This document shows positions 50,624-62,343 of a stretch of DNA of 64,000 nucleotides, piece by piece. Within the stretch, counting starts at the first letter, position 1. Every line of letters starts with the position of its first letter. The position numbers were made by a program, and so were the translations under genes. This DNA is from Bdellovibrionales bacterium (lineage in GTDB: Bacteria > Bdellovibrionota > Bdellovibrionia > Bdellovibrionales > UBA1609), in contig JAWLHR010000003.1 in NCBI GenBank assembly GCA_041690295.1, positions 32,001 through 96,000 on the forward strand. Direction: 5' to 3'. The notes below the pieces were generated by a model. That model was not told where the DNA came from. It searched no databases and saw nothing but the letters and a program-made list of their open reading frames with translations.

Positions 50624-52420
50624 TTAAGCCGCGCGCTTGAACTCAATGATCAAGCCGGACAAGTAGCTCGTGGCAAGGTACTGGCGAAGGTTCTCCAGCT
50701 CCACACTTTTCGTGTAAAGCTTTTCAATGTGCTTTTTAATCAAGCGCTCTTTTTGTTCAGGCTGGAGCTGACGTCCGTTTCGTAAGTAAAGAAAGTAACG
50801 ACCGGTGTGCGGCAGTTTTATGTGGGCTTTAAATGAAACCGGTACTTCCGTTGAAACTTGATTTATGCTGATGGAGTACATTCCACTTCCGTCTTCGGTG
50901 GCCGCCGGATCGGGCAGAGGGCCCGGACTCTGGAAGAACGCCACACCGACGGTTCGTTTTTGATGTGCCGTCACGAAGTTGAACTTGGCCTTGTCATCCG
51001 CCCACGCCACGAAATCAACCGCGGGTAACATTGTCCAAAAACCTGATCCCAATTCTCCATCCACATTCATCGATTCAAACGCGCTTTGGATCTCCGCTTC
51101 GCAGCCGCGCAGAAAAGCTTCGCGCGCGCCAAGATCCGGCGCCTGCCAAACGACAACCAGATAACCCGGCATTCGCTTGGAATTGACCGGAAACACACCC
51201 ACATACGTGATTTCTTCGAGGGGAATCGGCAAAACACCCGGTACGGTTTTACAGTAGCGGCTCATTGCCGCGAAAACGGCGCGTTCAAAAACATCTTTTT
51301 CACCACCGCCGGCCTCACCCGAATCATCGCCTCCATCGGCACCTGAAGATTGTGATTTCATTTCCGGACTGTATTCCACGTTTGGATTCGGTGCCTTGCC
51401 GGGACCCTCACTTGAATCGGAGTATTCCACATTGGCCGACTTTTTCGCGAATTCCACGATGTTGTCCACATCGTCGGAAGAAGACTGTCCGCCGGCGGCG
51501 CCACTTATTTCTCCACTCGCGGCTTTTTCCACATCCGCGAAGTTTTCGGTTTCATCTTCAAAGAGCGACTTTTTAAGTTTGTCGACCAAATCCGGTGAAG
51601 GCGGCAGCGTCACGTTTTTACCCGTGCTTTTTTCGAGAGTTTTACCGAACAACATGTCACCTGAAGTGGAGGCGGGATCGTGACCTTCTCCGGTGAGCTC
51701 TTTCAAACTCACTTTCTTTTTGGTCGAACTGAATGATGCGTCTTCATCCGAGTCCGTTTCCAGATGAAGTTCATCTTCAGCGCCTTCTCCTTTCTTCGAG
51801 CCTTTCGATGAAAACAACGATTTTGGACCTTCAGGTCCGGACTGAAAATGGACGTTGCCACCACCGTCTTTCGCATTTCCGGCCACAATGTGAGCCTTGT
51901 CATCGGTAAAACGAGTGCTTCCTTCGATTTTCACGATATTCGAACCCGTGCTGGTGGATGAACTTACTCCTTTCGACCGCTCCGTGGTTTCAACCGCCAC
52001 ATTGAATCTTTCCGCCAGGATTTTACGAATTGTCCTGTGGATATTGGGTCCGCTCGGTAATCCCTGAAGTTTGTATCGAAGCCGCATTTGGTGAAGTCGA
52101 GCCGACGCAGTGGGATCCGTCGTTTCGACAAATCCGATACACGCGAGATTAAAAGTTTGCGTGATCAGATCCGGCAGCCTCGTAATCGCTGAGCTTTGAT
52201 GGCTCAAACTCACCAGAACGTAATCGGGCCTGTGTTCCGCTATGAATTCTATCGCTTTACTTAGATCGGTTAAGACCGTGGTCGGCCATCCGCGTTTGGT
52301 CAGGAATAAAGCAGCGTTGTTTAGTTCCGGGGCGTAGCGGCCGATGATGACAAGTTCGACCTCGATTTCATCGATATCAACCTGCTTGGGGTCGATGTCT
52401 TTGACTGCGCCTTCGGACAT
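50624..52420 (-). CDS. Hypothetical multidomain protein (pseudo-receiver-like N-terminus, acidic linker, conserved C-terminal domain)
   Basis: N-terminal alpha/beta region (KAIEFIAEHRPDYVLVS) lacking the receiver Asp; S/G/D/E-rich middle. Confidence 0.75.
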   Translation of the reverse strand: MSEGAVKDIDPKQVDIDEIEVELVIIGRYAPELNNAALFLTKRGWPTTVLTDLSKAIEFIAEHRPDYVLVSLSHQSSAITRLPDLITQTFNLACIGFVETTDPTASARLHQMRLRYKLQGLPSGPNIHRTIRKILAERFNVAVETTERSKGVSSSTSTGSNIVKIEGSTRFTDDKAHIVAGNAKDGGGNVHFQSGPEGPKSLFSSKGSKKGEGAEDELHLETDSDEDASFSSTKKKVSLKELTGEGHDPASTSGDMLFGKTLEKSTGKNVTLPPSPDLVDKLKKSLFEDETENFADVEKAASGEISGAAGGQSSSDDVDNIVEFAKKSANVEYSDSSEGPGKAPNPNVEYSPEMKSQSSGADGGDDSGEAGGGEKDVFERAVFAAMSRYCKTVPGVLPIPLEEITYVGVFPVNSKRMPGYLVVVWQAPDLGAREAFLRGCEAEIQSAFESMNVDGELGSGFWTMLPAVDFVAWADDKAKFNFVTAHQKRTVGVAFFQSPGPLPDPAATEDGSGMYSISINQVSTEVPVSFKAHIKLPHTGRYFLYLRNGRQLQPEQKERLIKKHIEKLYTKSVELENLRQYLATSYLSGLIIEFKRAA

Positions 52421-52476
52421 TAAAAAACCTCAGGCCGGGCTGGACGTTGGATTCAGCCCGGATTTTCCCAAGGTTC

Positions 52477-52504
52477 TTATCGGTTTACGTTTGAAGGCAC
52501 TATA
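52477..52504 (-). promoter_or_regulatory. Possible sigma-28 promoter
   Basis: Minus strand TATAGTGC-N12-ACCGATAA upstream of the 52420 start. Confidence 0.4.
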
Positions 52505-52519
52505 TAAAAAGAACTCGAA

Positions 52520-52831
52520 CTAGATCAAACCAGCCGCGACGATCAACCAGGTCAAGATGAAGAGCGATTCGATCAGCGCCAAGACGACCATCATAGGGGC
52601 AAACATGCTGCCGCGGGCTTGCGGGTTACGGGCAAGACCATCCATTGCGGAGCTTCCAACTCGACCTTGTGCCATGGTCGCGCCAAAAACGCCTAAACCA
52701 ACCATCAGACCAAGGCCAATTGTGTACAGACCTTTGTCTCCGGTCGCGGTAGCCGCCGCAGCCGCTTCTTGTGCGAAGGCCGGCAATGATGCGAACAATG
52801 CTGCCAATGAAACAAATAATGCTTTTCTCAT
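52520..52831 (-). CDS. atpE: ATP synthase F0 subunit c
   Basis: GxGxxxG helix, ARNP loop and LALIES carboxylate; signal-peptide-like N-terminal extension. Confidence 0.93.
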   Translation of the reverse strand: MRKALFVSLAALFASLPAFAQEAAAAATATGDKGLYTIGLGLMVGLGVFGATMAQGRVGSSAMDGLARNPQARGSMFAPMMVVLALIESLFILTWLIVAAGLI

Positions 52832-52855
52832 GTCACTTTCTCCCTTTTTTCTTTT

Positions 52856-53563
52856 TCAATGGTCGTGAGCTATAGCCATGGATACGTAAATCATCGACAG
52901 CAACGTGAAAACAAATGCTTGCATCGATGCGACGAAAATTCCCATCCCATAAAAGACCGCTGGGATTGGAATAAACCACATATTCTCGAACATTCCAATA
53001 AAGACGCTTAAGACCGTGTGGTCGGCAAGAATATTACCTTGCAAGCGCAAGCCCAAAGTCAGCGGGCGAACAATGTGAGAAATAAGTTCAATGATCAACA
53101 TGAGAGGCGCGAGCAAAAGAACCGGTCCCAAGAAATGTTTCAGGTAAGGCAGTCCGTGCTCTTTCAAACCGTAGTAGTTGTAAGCAAAAAAAGAAAACAA
53201 TCCGACGGCCAAAGTGGTGTTCAGATTGTCCGTGGCGGGTGTCATGCCGGGCAAGAGACCTATCAAGTTGTTCACCCAAATGAAAAAGAAGATCGTGGCG
53301 AAGACGGGCACGAATTTGCGCCCTTCCTCTCCGATCACCATGTCCACCAGGCCGACGATGAACTCCAAAATCAGTTCGTATATGCCTTTGATGGAAAATT
53401 TGGAGGCGGGAGCGATCGCCTGCGGGCCTTTCCCCAAAGCGAGACGACCGGCAATCGCGCCACCAACTAAAAGCACACCCACCGCTCCAGCCGTCGCGAC
53501 GTGTACATTGTCGTGAGTGACACCGGGAATGAGCTGCAACCAATTAAAGTGCGCTTGAGCCAA
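52856..53563 (-). CDS. atpB: ATP synthase F0 subunit a
   Basis: NLIGLLP, ELISHIVRPLTLGLRLQGNI (essential Arg) and QAFVF. TTG start after SD GAGGAG. Confidence 0.95.
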   Translation of the reverse strand: MAQAHFNWLQLIPGVTHDNVHVATAGAVGVLLVGGAIAGRLALGKGPQAIAPASKFSIKGIYELILEFIVGLVDMVIGEEGRKFVPVFATIFFFIWVNNLIGLLPGMTPATDNLNTTLAVGLFSFFAYNYYGLKEHGLPYLKHFLGPVLLLAPLMLIIELISHIVRPLTLGLRLQGNILADHTVLSVFIGMFENMWFIPIPAVFYGMGIFVASMQAFVFTLLSMIYVSMAIAHDH

Positions 53564-53939
53564 TTGAATCCACTCCTCGTTGGTAAAAGGCGACTTGCAC
53601 AAGCGAGCCACCCGCGAATGCGGCCATGCCCAGGCCAGCACTCACGACGTGAAACCACGCAGCTTGTGACATTAAGTAAATAGCGCCTAGTAAAACCGTG
53701 TACTTGATTACAATGATCATGACGGTCCAAGCAATGGGTTTTTTCGAAAGAATACGCCCCCAAATCCAAGCCAGAAGCACCAAATTCGCCAACATCATAC
53801 CGTAGCCAAGAACGAATGATGCACTAGGTCTAAGGCCCCAAATCGCGTGAACGAACAGGGTCAAAGCCAATGCACAAAGACATTGCCCTATAAAGAGGGA
53901 CTTAAGAGTGAGGACCTGGGCCGGTTTTAGGATCTTCAT
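53544..53939 (-). CDS. atpI: ATP synthase subunit I-like membrane protein
   Basis: 4 TM, directly upstream of atpB. Confidence 0.75.
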   Translation of the reverse strand: MKILKPAQVLTLKSLFIGQCLCALALTLFVHAIWGLRPSASFVLGYGMMLANLVLLAWIWGRILSKKPIAWTVMIIVIKYTVLLGAIYLMSQAAWFHVVSAGLGMAAFAGGSLVQVAFYQRGVDSIGSSAL

Positions 53940-54132
53940 CTTGTTCGAACTTCCGTATGAGATAGAACAAGTGAACGAACCAGCCAATGAGTAAAATTAA
54001 CACGAGAAAAACGGAAGCCCGCGAATTCCAACCCATGTATTCATCGATTTGGCGACCAAGAAAATAGCCGCCCACACACATCGCCACGAGTTCAAAGCCG
54101 ATTCCCAGGAATAACAGTCCTCTATCCATCAT
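53902..54132 (-). CDS. AtpZ/AtpI family small membrane protein
   Basis: GIGFEL...GYFLG..ID..G motif; 2 TM. Confidence 0.8.
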   Translation of the reverse strand: MMDRGLLFLGIGFELVAMCVGGYFLGRQIDEYMGWNSRASVFLVLILLIGWFVHLFYLIRKFEQDEDPKTGPGPHS

Positions 54133-54932
54133 CGTTTCCACCCCTGAGCGCCGGGCTGATTGATCTTACGGTCGCGGAGCCGTGATATCCGCATATTGAG
54201 AAAATCCGGATCCGGATAGTCATCTTTCATGCCTTCCAGGATCTCGATGGCCTTGGCGAAATCCTTAAGCTCTTCGTAACAGACAACCAGGTTCAACGCG
54301 ATTTTCTCCCGTTTGGATTGCTCCGGGAACTCCCGCAAAAGTTCTTCCCAGCTTTGCGCGGCCTGGGTCAGCTTTTTATCCGCCATGAAAATGCTGGCCT
54401 TAACCACTTTGGCGTCAAAGACCTGTTCCGGTTCAAGTTGCTCTTGGAGCAAAACATCGATTTCGTTGGCGGCCTGTTCAAGATTGTTCAATTGAAAGTG
54501 GCTTTTCGCCAGGTTCAGCCGGTAACGGAATTTTTCGGCGGGGAGCGAATCGAGTTTCAATAGCTTTTCGTATTCGATGACCGCGCGGTTGAAGTCTTGC
54601 AGATGCTCAAAATAGATTTGCGCCACTAAAGTTTGCGCGTTCTTTCGTTCTGAAGAGCTGGAAGACCTGATCACCAAATGCTTGTAAAAATCCACGGCGG
54701 CGGCGTAATCCTTGGCTTCCATGTGCGCCACCCGCGCGCCCCACCGGGCCCACTGAATGGAGCGCTGGTCGTCTGGATCTCGATCTTTGATTTCCCGGAT
54801 GATTTGAATCGCGCGACCGTAATCACCTTGTCCGATCGCGCGGCGGGCGCGAAATTTGTGATACCAATCAAGGCCCAGGGTGCATCCGCTTAAAACGATG
54901 GCCATCAAGGCCCAACAGATCGCGTTCCTCAC
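54129..54932 (-). CDS. TPR lipoprotein
   Basis: Lipobox LSGC and TPR repeats; GTG start overlaps the gyrA stop. Confidence 0.85.
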   Translation of the reverse strand: MRNAICWALMAIVLSGCTLGLDWYHKFRARRAIGQGDYGRAIQIIREIKDRDPDDQRSIQWARWGARVAHMEAKDYAAAVDFYKHLVIRSSSSSERKNAQTLVAQIYFEHLQDFNRAVIEYEKLLKLDSLPAEKFRYRLNLAKSHFQLNNLEQAANEIDVLLQEQLEPEQVFDAKVVKASIFMADKKLTQAAQSWEELLREFPEQSKREKIALNLVVCYEELKDFAKAIEILEGMKDDYPDPDFLNMRISRLRDRKINQPGAQGWKR

Positions 54933-57417
54933 GCCGAGCCGTTAGCACCGCTTCCATTGGCGTGGCTGGGATCCTGACCGTCGCCGTTGTCATTTTCTTC
55001 TTCGATCAGAGCCACGCTGGTTACAAATTCGCCTTCTTTGAGTTCCATCAGCTTAACGCCTTGGGTGTTTCGGCTGATGACGGAAATATCCGAACAACGG
55101 ATCCGGATCGCCTGGCCTTTGTTCGTGGTGATCAGAATCTGATCCTTATCCGTGACCAATCGGGCGGAGACGACCGAACCCACTTTGTCCGTGGTCTTTT
55201 GAGTGATGATGCCGACGCCGCCCCGGTTCTGCGACCGGTACTCATCCATGCTCGTCCGTTTTCCAAAACCTTTTTCAGTGACGATAAGAATCGTTTCCTT
55301 GCTGTCCTTGGCGATGATTTCCATTCCCACGACTTTGTCGTTTTCGGCGAGGCTGACGCCCTTCACACCGCGCGCGGCGCGACCCATGGGTCTTACGTCC
55401 TCTTCGTCAAAGCGGATCGACATTCCCTCTTTGGTGACGATGAAAATGTCATCCTTGCCGGTGGAAATTTTGGCGTCGATCAGATTGTCTTCAAGCTCAA
55501 TGGTCAAAGCGATCAAACCGCTCGGGCGCGGTCTTGAAAACGCCTCCAGAGAGGTCTTCTTGATAATACCTTTTTCGGTGAGCATGACGACGTAGTGTTC
55601 GGGTTTGAACTCCTCAACCGGCAAGAGCGCGCGAACACTTTCACCCGGTGAAAGCTGAACCACATTGTTGATGGCTTTACCACGGCTCGTGCGCGAACCG
55701 AGGGGAAGCTCATGAACCTTGGTCCAATAAAGTTTTCCACGATCGGAAAACGACAAGAGCATGGTGTGTGTGTTGGCGGAAAACAGGCGGGACACATAGT
55801 CCTCTTCGCGCTGCTCGGCGCCTTTCAAGCCTTTACCGCCACGTTTTTGCAAACGATACTCGTCGACCGGAATCCGTTTGATGTATCCCGCCTGAGTCAT
55901 TGAGATCACCATATCTTCTTTGGCGATCAGGTCCTCGATCTGAAGTTCCTCACTGGTGCGTTCGATCTTGGTTCGGCGGGGATCGCTGTATTTCTTTTTG
56001 ATCTCTTCCAGTTCGGAAATGATGATCTTGTAGATTTCGTCGACACTGCCCAAGACTTGCTTCAACCAGGCAATGAACTTTTGCACCTCGGCCAGTTCGT
56101 CGAGGATTTTCTGCCGCTCAAGGCCTGTTAAACGCTGCAAGCGCATCTCGAGGATGGCCTGCGCCTGCTTTTCCGAAAAACCGAATTGGCTCATCAAAGC
56201 TTCGCGGGCCACTTCGGCTTCTTTGCTGGCGCGAATGGTGGCGATCACCGCGTCGATTTGATCCAAAGCCTTTTTGAGACCTTCGAGGATATGCGCGCGC
56301 GCTTCCGCTTTCTTGAGATCGAAGATGCAACGTCGGGTCACCACATCTTTACGATGGGCGATGAACGCCTCAAGCATCTGCTTGAGATTGAAAACCACCG
56401 GTTGGTTGCGCGAATCGAGCGCCAGCATGATGATCCCGAAACTCATCTGCAGCTGGGTGAATTTATACAAGCGATTCAGGATCACTTGGGCGTTTTCACC
56501 GCGCTTGACCAAAATCACGATGCGCATGCCTTCACGCGACGATTCGTCACGGATATCGGCGATGCCTTCGACTTTCTTATCACGAACCAAGTCAGCGATG
56601 CTTTCGATCAACTTGGCTTTATTCACCTGATAGGGAATTTCGGTGATGACGATTTCTTCGCGGTCTTTTTTGGGAACGATTTCCGCCACCGCTTTGAGCG
56701 TGATGATCCCTCTTCCGGTCTTATAAGCCTGTATGATTCCAGCCGCGCCCGCGATCACGCCCGCGGTCGGGAAGTCCGGTCCCGGAATCATGCGGATCAA
56801 ATCTTCAATGGCGAGGTTCGGATTCTTGATCAGGGCGATACAACCATCAATCACTTCGCCCATGTTATGGGGCGGAATATTGGTGGCCATACCCACGGCG
56901 ATACCCGCGCTACCGTTGACCAGAAGGTTGGGAAATTTCGCCGGCAAAACCGTCGGAATCAAGAGCGAGTCGTCATAGTTCCAGCCAAAGGGAACGGTGT
57001 CCTTTTCGATGTCGGCGAGAAGCTCCTCGGCTAGCTCGGTCATCCGCACTTCCGTGTAACGGGGAGCCGCGGGAGCGTCGCCGTCGATCGAACCGAAGTT
57101 TCCTTGGCCATCCACCAGCGGATAGCGCAAAGAAAAATCCTGCGCCATGCGCACGATCGTGTCGTAAACCGCCATGTCCCCGTGAGGATGGTATTTACCG
57201 ATCACGTCACCGACGATACGGGCGGATTTTTTGTACGGCTTATCGTGCGTGTTCCCCAGGTCGTTCATCGCGTAAAGCACGCGTCGGTGCACCGGCTTCA
57301 AACCGTCGCGAACATCGGGCAAAGCGCGCCCGACAATCACACTCATCGAGTACTGGAGGTAAGCCTCCCGCATCTCTTTGTTGATATCGACGTTTGATAT
57401 TCGTGAAACTTCTTCCA

Positions 57418-57418
<1 letters not shown>
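54929..57418 (-). CDS. gyrA: DNA gyrase subunit A
   Basis: [19 protein letters not shown] catalytic Tyr, GyrA-box QKRGGKG and beta-pinwheel repeats. Confidence 0.98.
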
Positions 57419-59841
<2,423 letters not shown>

Positions 59842-59857
59842 TTACCTCTTAAAGGCG

Positions 59858-60991
59858 TTAATCGGGACTGACGTTCCCCTCGTTCACTCGGAAAACGCTC
59901 ATCCTGAGATCGCCAAAATCCCTGGAAAATGACAGATCCGTCGTGGTTAAAAAGATCTGTGCCGGGATGTCTTTTAAAAAACTCACCAGACTTCCCCGGC
60001 GGATGGGGTCTAATTCCGATAAGACGTCATCCAGAAGCATGAGCGGGTAAATCTTGTGAGCTTTGTAATGATATAATATTTGGGCCATTTTGAAAGATAA
60101 AATTAGTGCTCTTTGCTGCCCCTGCGAACAAAAAAACCGTGAATCTTTTCCGCTAAATAGAACGCGAATGTCGTGCTTCTGAGGACCCACCAAAGAGGTG
60201 CCCGCTTGAATCTCGGCCCGGCGCAATTCCTGACTCCGTTTGTGCAATGCAGAAAGGACGTCCCCGCGACTCCAATCCTGAGCCGGTTGAGAGGAAATCA
60301 GGTACTCCACTGAAATATCCACAGACTCGTCGTTCAACACGAACTTCGACGTGCGATTAAAATCCTCCTGGAGGTCCCTCAGCGCCTGAATCCGCGCGAA
60401 GGTGAGTTCGGCGGCCAAAGGGAGATAATTGGGGTCTAAACTCTCGAGAACGAGCAAATTTTCACGCTCCGGCCGAACTTGATCCCGAAGGTCCTTTAAA
60501 ACCTTGTTCCTCGCCCTCAGGATTTTGCGAAAATCCTTATAGACCTTGAAGCTTCCGGCTGTGTGGGTGGTGATTAAGTCGTCCAGAAGACGCCGGCGTT
60601 GCTCAGGGCCGCTTTTGATGGCGGCGAGACTTTCCGGTGAAAAATGCACCACCGGAAACTCCTTCGCCAAAGAACTGACCGCGATTTTTCGATGGTTCCA
60701 ACGCGATGTCTTTTTTCCATCGGCCCAGGTGAGGGCCAGGTCGTTTTGCAAGCCGCTCCGGGTGACCGACGCCGAGATCGACATGGGCTCGGAGCGCCCG
60801 TCCTGGGTTTCCATGGTGGCGAAACTGGCCGGACGAAAACTTTCACCGCGGATTAGCACGTAGAGAGATTCAATGAGATTGGTTTTTCCCTGGCCGTTCG
60901 AGCCGTAAAAAACCACCACTCCCCCCGGCAGACTCAACTCGAGCTGCCGATAGTTACGAAAACGATGGAGTTTCAGGCGGTCAAATTTCAG
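59858..60991 (-). CDS. recF: DNA replication/repair protein RecF (probable CTG start)
   Basis: Walker A GSNGQGKT, SQGQQR and LLDDVLSELD. The conserved N-terminus LKFDRLKLHRFRNY lies upstream of the called TTG. Confidence 0.93.
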   Translation of the reverse strand: MKFDRLKLHRFRNYRQLELSLPGGVVVFYGSNGQGKTNLIESLYVLIRGESFRPASFATMETQDGRSEPMSISASVTRSGLQNDLALTWADGKKTSRWNHRKIAVSSLAKEFPVVHFSPESLAAIKSGPEQRRRLLDDLITTHTAGSFKVYKDFRKILRARNKVLKDLRDQVRPERENLLVLESLDPNYLPLAAELTFARIQALRDLQEDFNRTSKFVLNDESVDISVEYLISSQPAQDWSRGDVLSALHKRSQELRRAEIQAGTSLVGPQKHDIRVLFSGKDSRFFCSQGQQRALILSFKMAQILYHYKAHKIYPLMLLDDVLSELDPIRRGSLVSFLKDIPAQIFLTTTDLSFSRDFGDLRMSVFRVNEGNVSPD

Positions 60992-60996
60992 AGCTC

Positions 60997-62112
60997 TTAA
61001 ATCCTCATGGGCATGACGACACAGGTAAGACTGTTGTCGTCGTGCGGACGAATAATGCCCGGTGAAAGCTGATCATTGAGTTCAATGCGGACGATGTCGT
61101 CCTGCATGCTGTTCAAGACATCAATCACGTAACGGGCGTTGAAACCGATGCGAAGATCCCGGCCCTTGTAATCAATTTCGATTTCCTCTTTAGCGTCACC
61201 TAACTCGGGGTTGTTGGAAGTGATTTCCATTTTGCCCGAGCCAAGAGTGAAAGTGACGCCTTTGGATTTCGCATTGGACAAAAGCGAGACGCGCTTCAAC
61301 GAACTGAGCAAAGCCTCTCTTTGAACAAGCAGGTGCTCTTTCAGATTCTGTGGAATAAGTTGTTGATAATTGGGATATTTGCCTTCGATGAGGCGGACCA
61401 TCAGCATGGTTGAGTTATGCCGGACTACCAGTTGCGCTCCTTCAATCGCGATTTCCACAGAGTCTTCCACGGAATCAAGTAGTTTGCGAATTTCGTGCAA
61501 ACCTTTTCGCGGCACAATCACGCCCTGGGATGTTTTAAGTTTTACGGAATTGACCTTGCGATCCACCATGGCCAAGCGGTGTCCGTCGGTGGCGACCATA
61601 CGATACATGGCCGCATCATTGTCCGGACGCATTTCCAGATAAACACCGTTCAGATGATAGCGTGTTTCATCGTTGGAAACCGAGTAGATGGTCTTTTCGA
61701 TCATCTCGGCGAAAACCTGTCCATCGATGGCGACGAATTCCTGACTGGTGAACGCCGGAAACACGGGATACTCGTCCGGGCTGATCCCCACCATATTGAA
61801 AACCGCCCGGTTCTGCGTGATCTTGAGCCAGTTGTTTTCTCGTCGCTCCAGTTCAACTTTGCCTTCAGGTAATTCTTTGATGATTTCAAAAAGGCTTTTG
61901 GCATTCACAGCCACTTTGCCTTCCTGTTTCACGGAAGCTTTGATCTCATCCGTTAAGCTGACTTCCAAATCCGTGGCGAATGCCCTGAGCCCATCCTTGT
62001 TGGCTTCCAACAAAACGTTGATCAGGATCGGCATGGTGTTGCGCTTTTCGACAATGTTCTGTGCTCGGGCGATCACATTGAGCAAATCTTTCTTTTCGAC
62101 CGAGAGCTTCAT
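60997..62112 (-). CDS. dnaN: DNA polymerase III beta clamp
   Basis: ATDLE, ATDGHRL, GKYPNY, GFNARY and VVMPMRI. Confidence 0.98.
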   Translation of the reverse strand: MKLSVEKKDLLNVIARAQNIVEKRNTMPILINVLLEANKDGLRAFATDLEVSLTDEIKASVKQEGKVAVNAKSLFEIIKELPEGKVELERRENNWLKITQNRAVFNMVGISPDEYPVFPAFTSQEFVAIDGQVFAEMIEKTIYSVSNDETRYHLNGVYLEMRPDNDAAMYRMVATDGHRLAMVDRKVNSVKLKTSQGVIVPRKGLHEIRKLLDSVEDSVEIAIEGAQLVVRHNSTMLMVRLIEGKYPNYQQLIPQNLKEHLLVQREALLSSLKRVSLLSNAKSKGVTFTLGSGKMEITSNNPELGDAKEEIEIDYKGRDLRIGFNARYVIDVLNSMQDDIVRIELNDQLSPGIIRPHDDNSLTCVVMPMRI

Positions 62113-62343
62113 TTTTCCTCCAACGTTGGGGCCTATAATTAACTTCTTTCTATATAGAAATACCTAGTAATAGTGGTAGGCGTGTTGATTTCTATGATTT
62201 CGACCTAAGCTTCTGAAATCCCAAATCAAAACCTGTGGATTGTGGCCTGTAGAAGTGGGGGTGTAAAGCACGCGTTTTCGGGGGTAAATCGAATCCCCAA
62301 AACTATCCCAGGATAAATCCACACGGTTATACACAGTCCCCAT
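62113..62343. other. oriC: Chromosomal replication origin oriC
   Basis: dnaA-dnaN intergenic region. AT-rich stretch at 62134-62164, DnaA-trios TAGTAATAGTGGTAG (62165-62179), GCG, then box TGTTGATTT (62183). Further boxes TGTGGATTG (62234), AAATCCACA (62315) and TTATACACA (62327). Confidence 0.88.

Noticed and set aside
52520..52700. Na+-coupled ATP synthase (Q...ES motif in subunit c)
   Set aside because: Gln and Glu-Ser are present, but the Thr and Tyr of the full Na+ signature are replaced (ESLFI), so Na+ coupling is unsupported.
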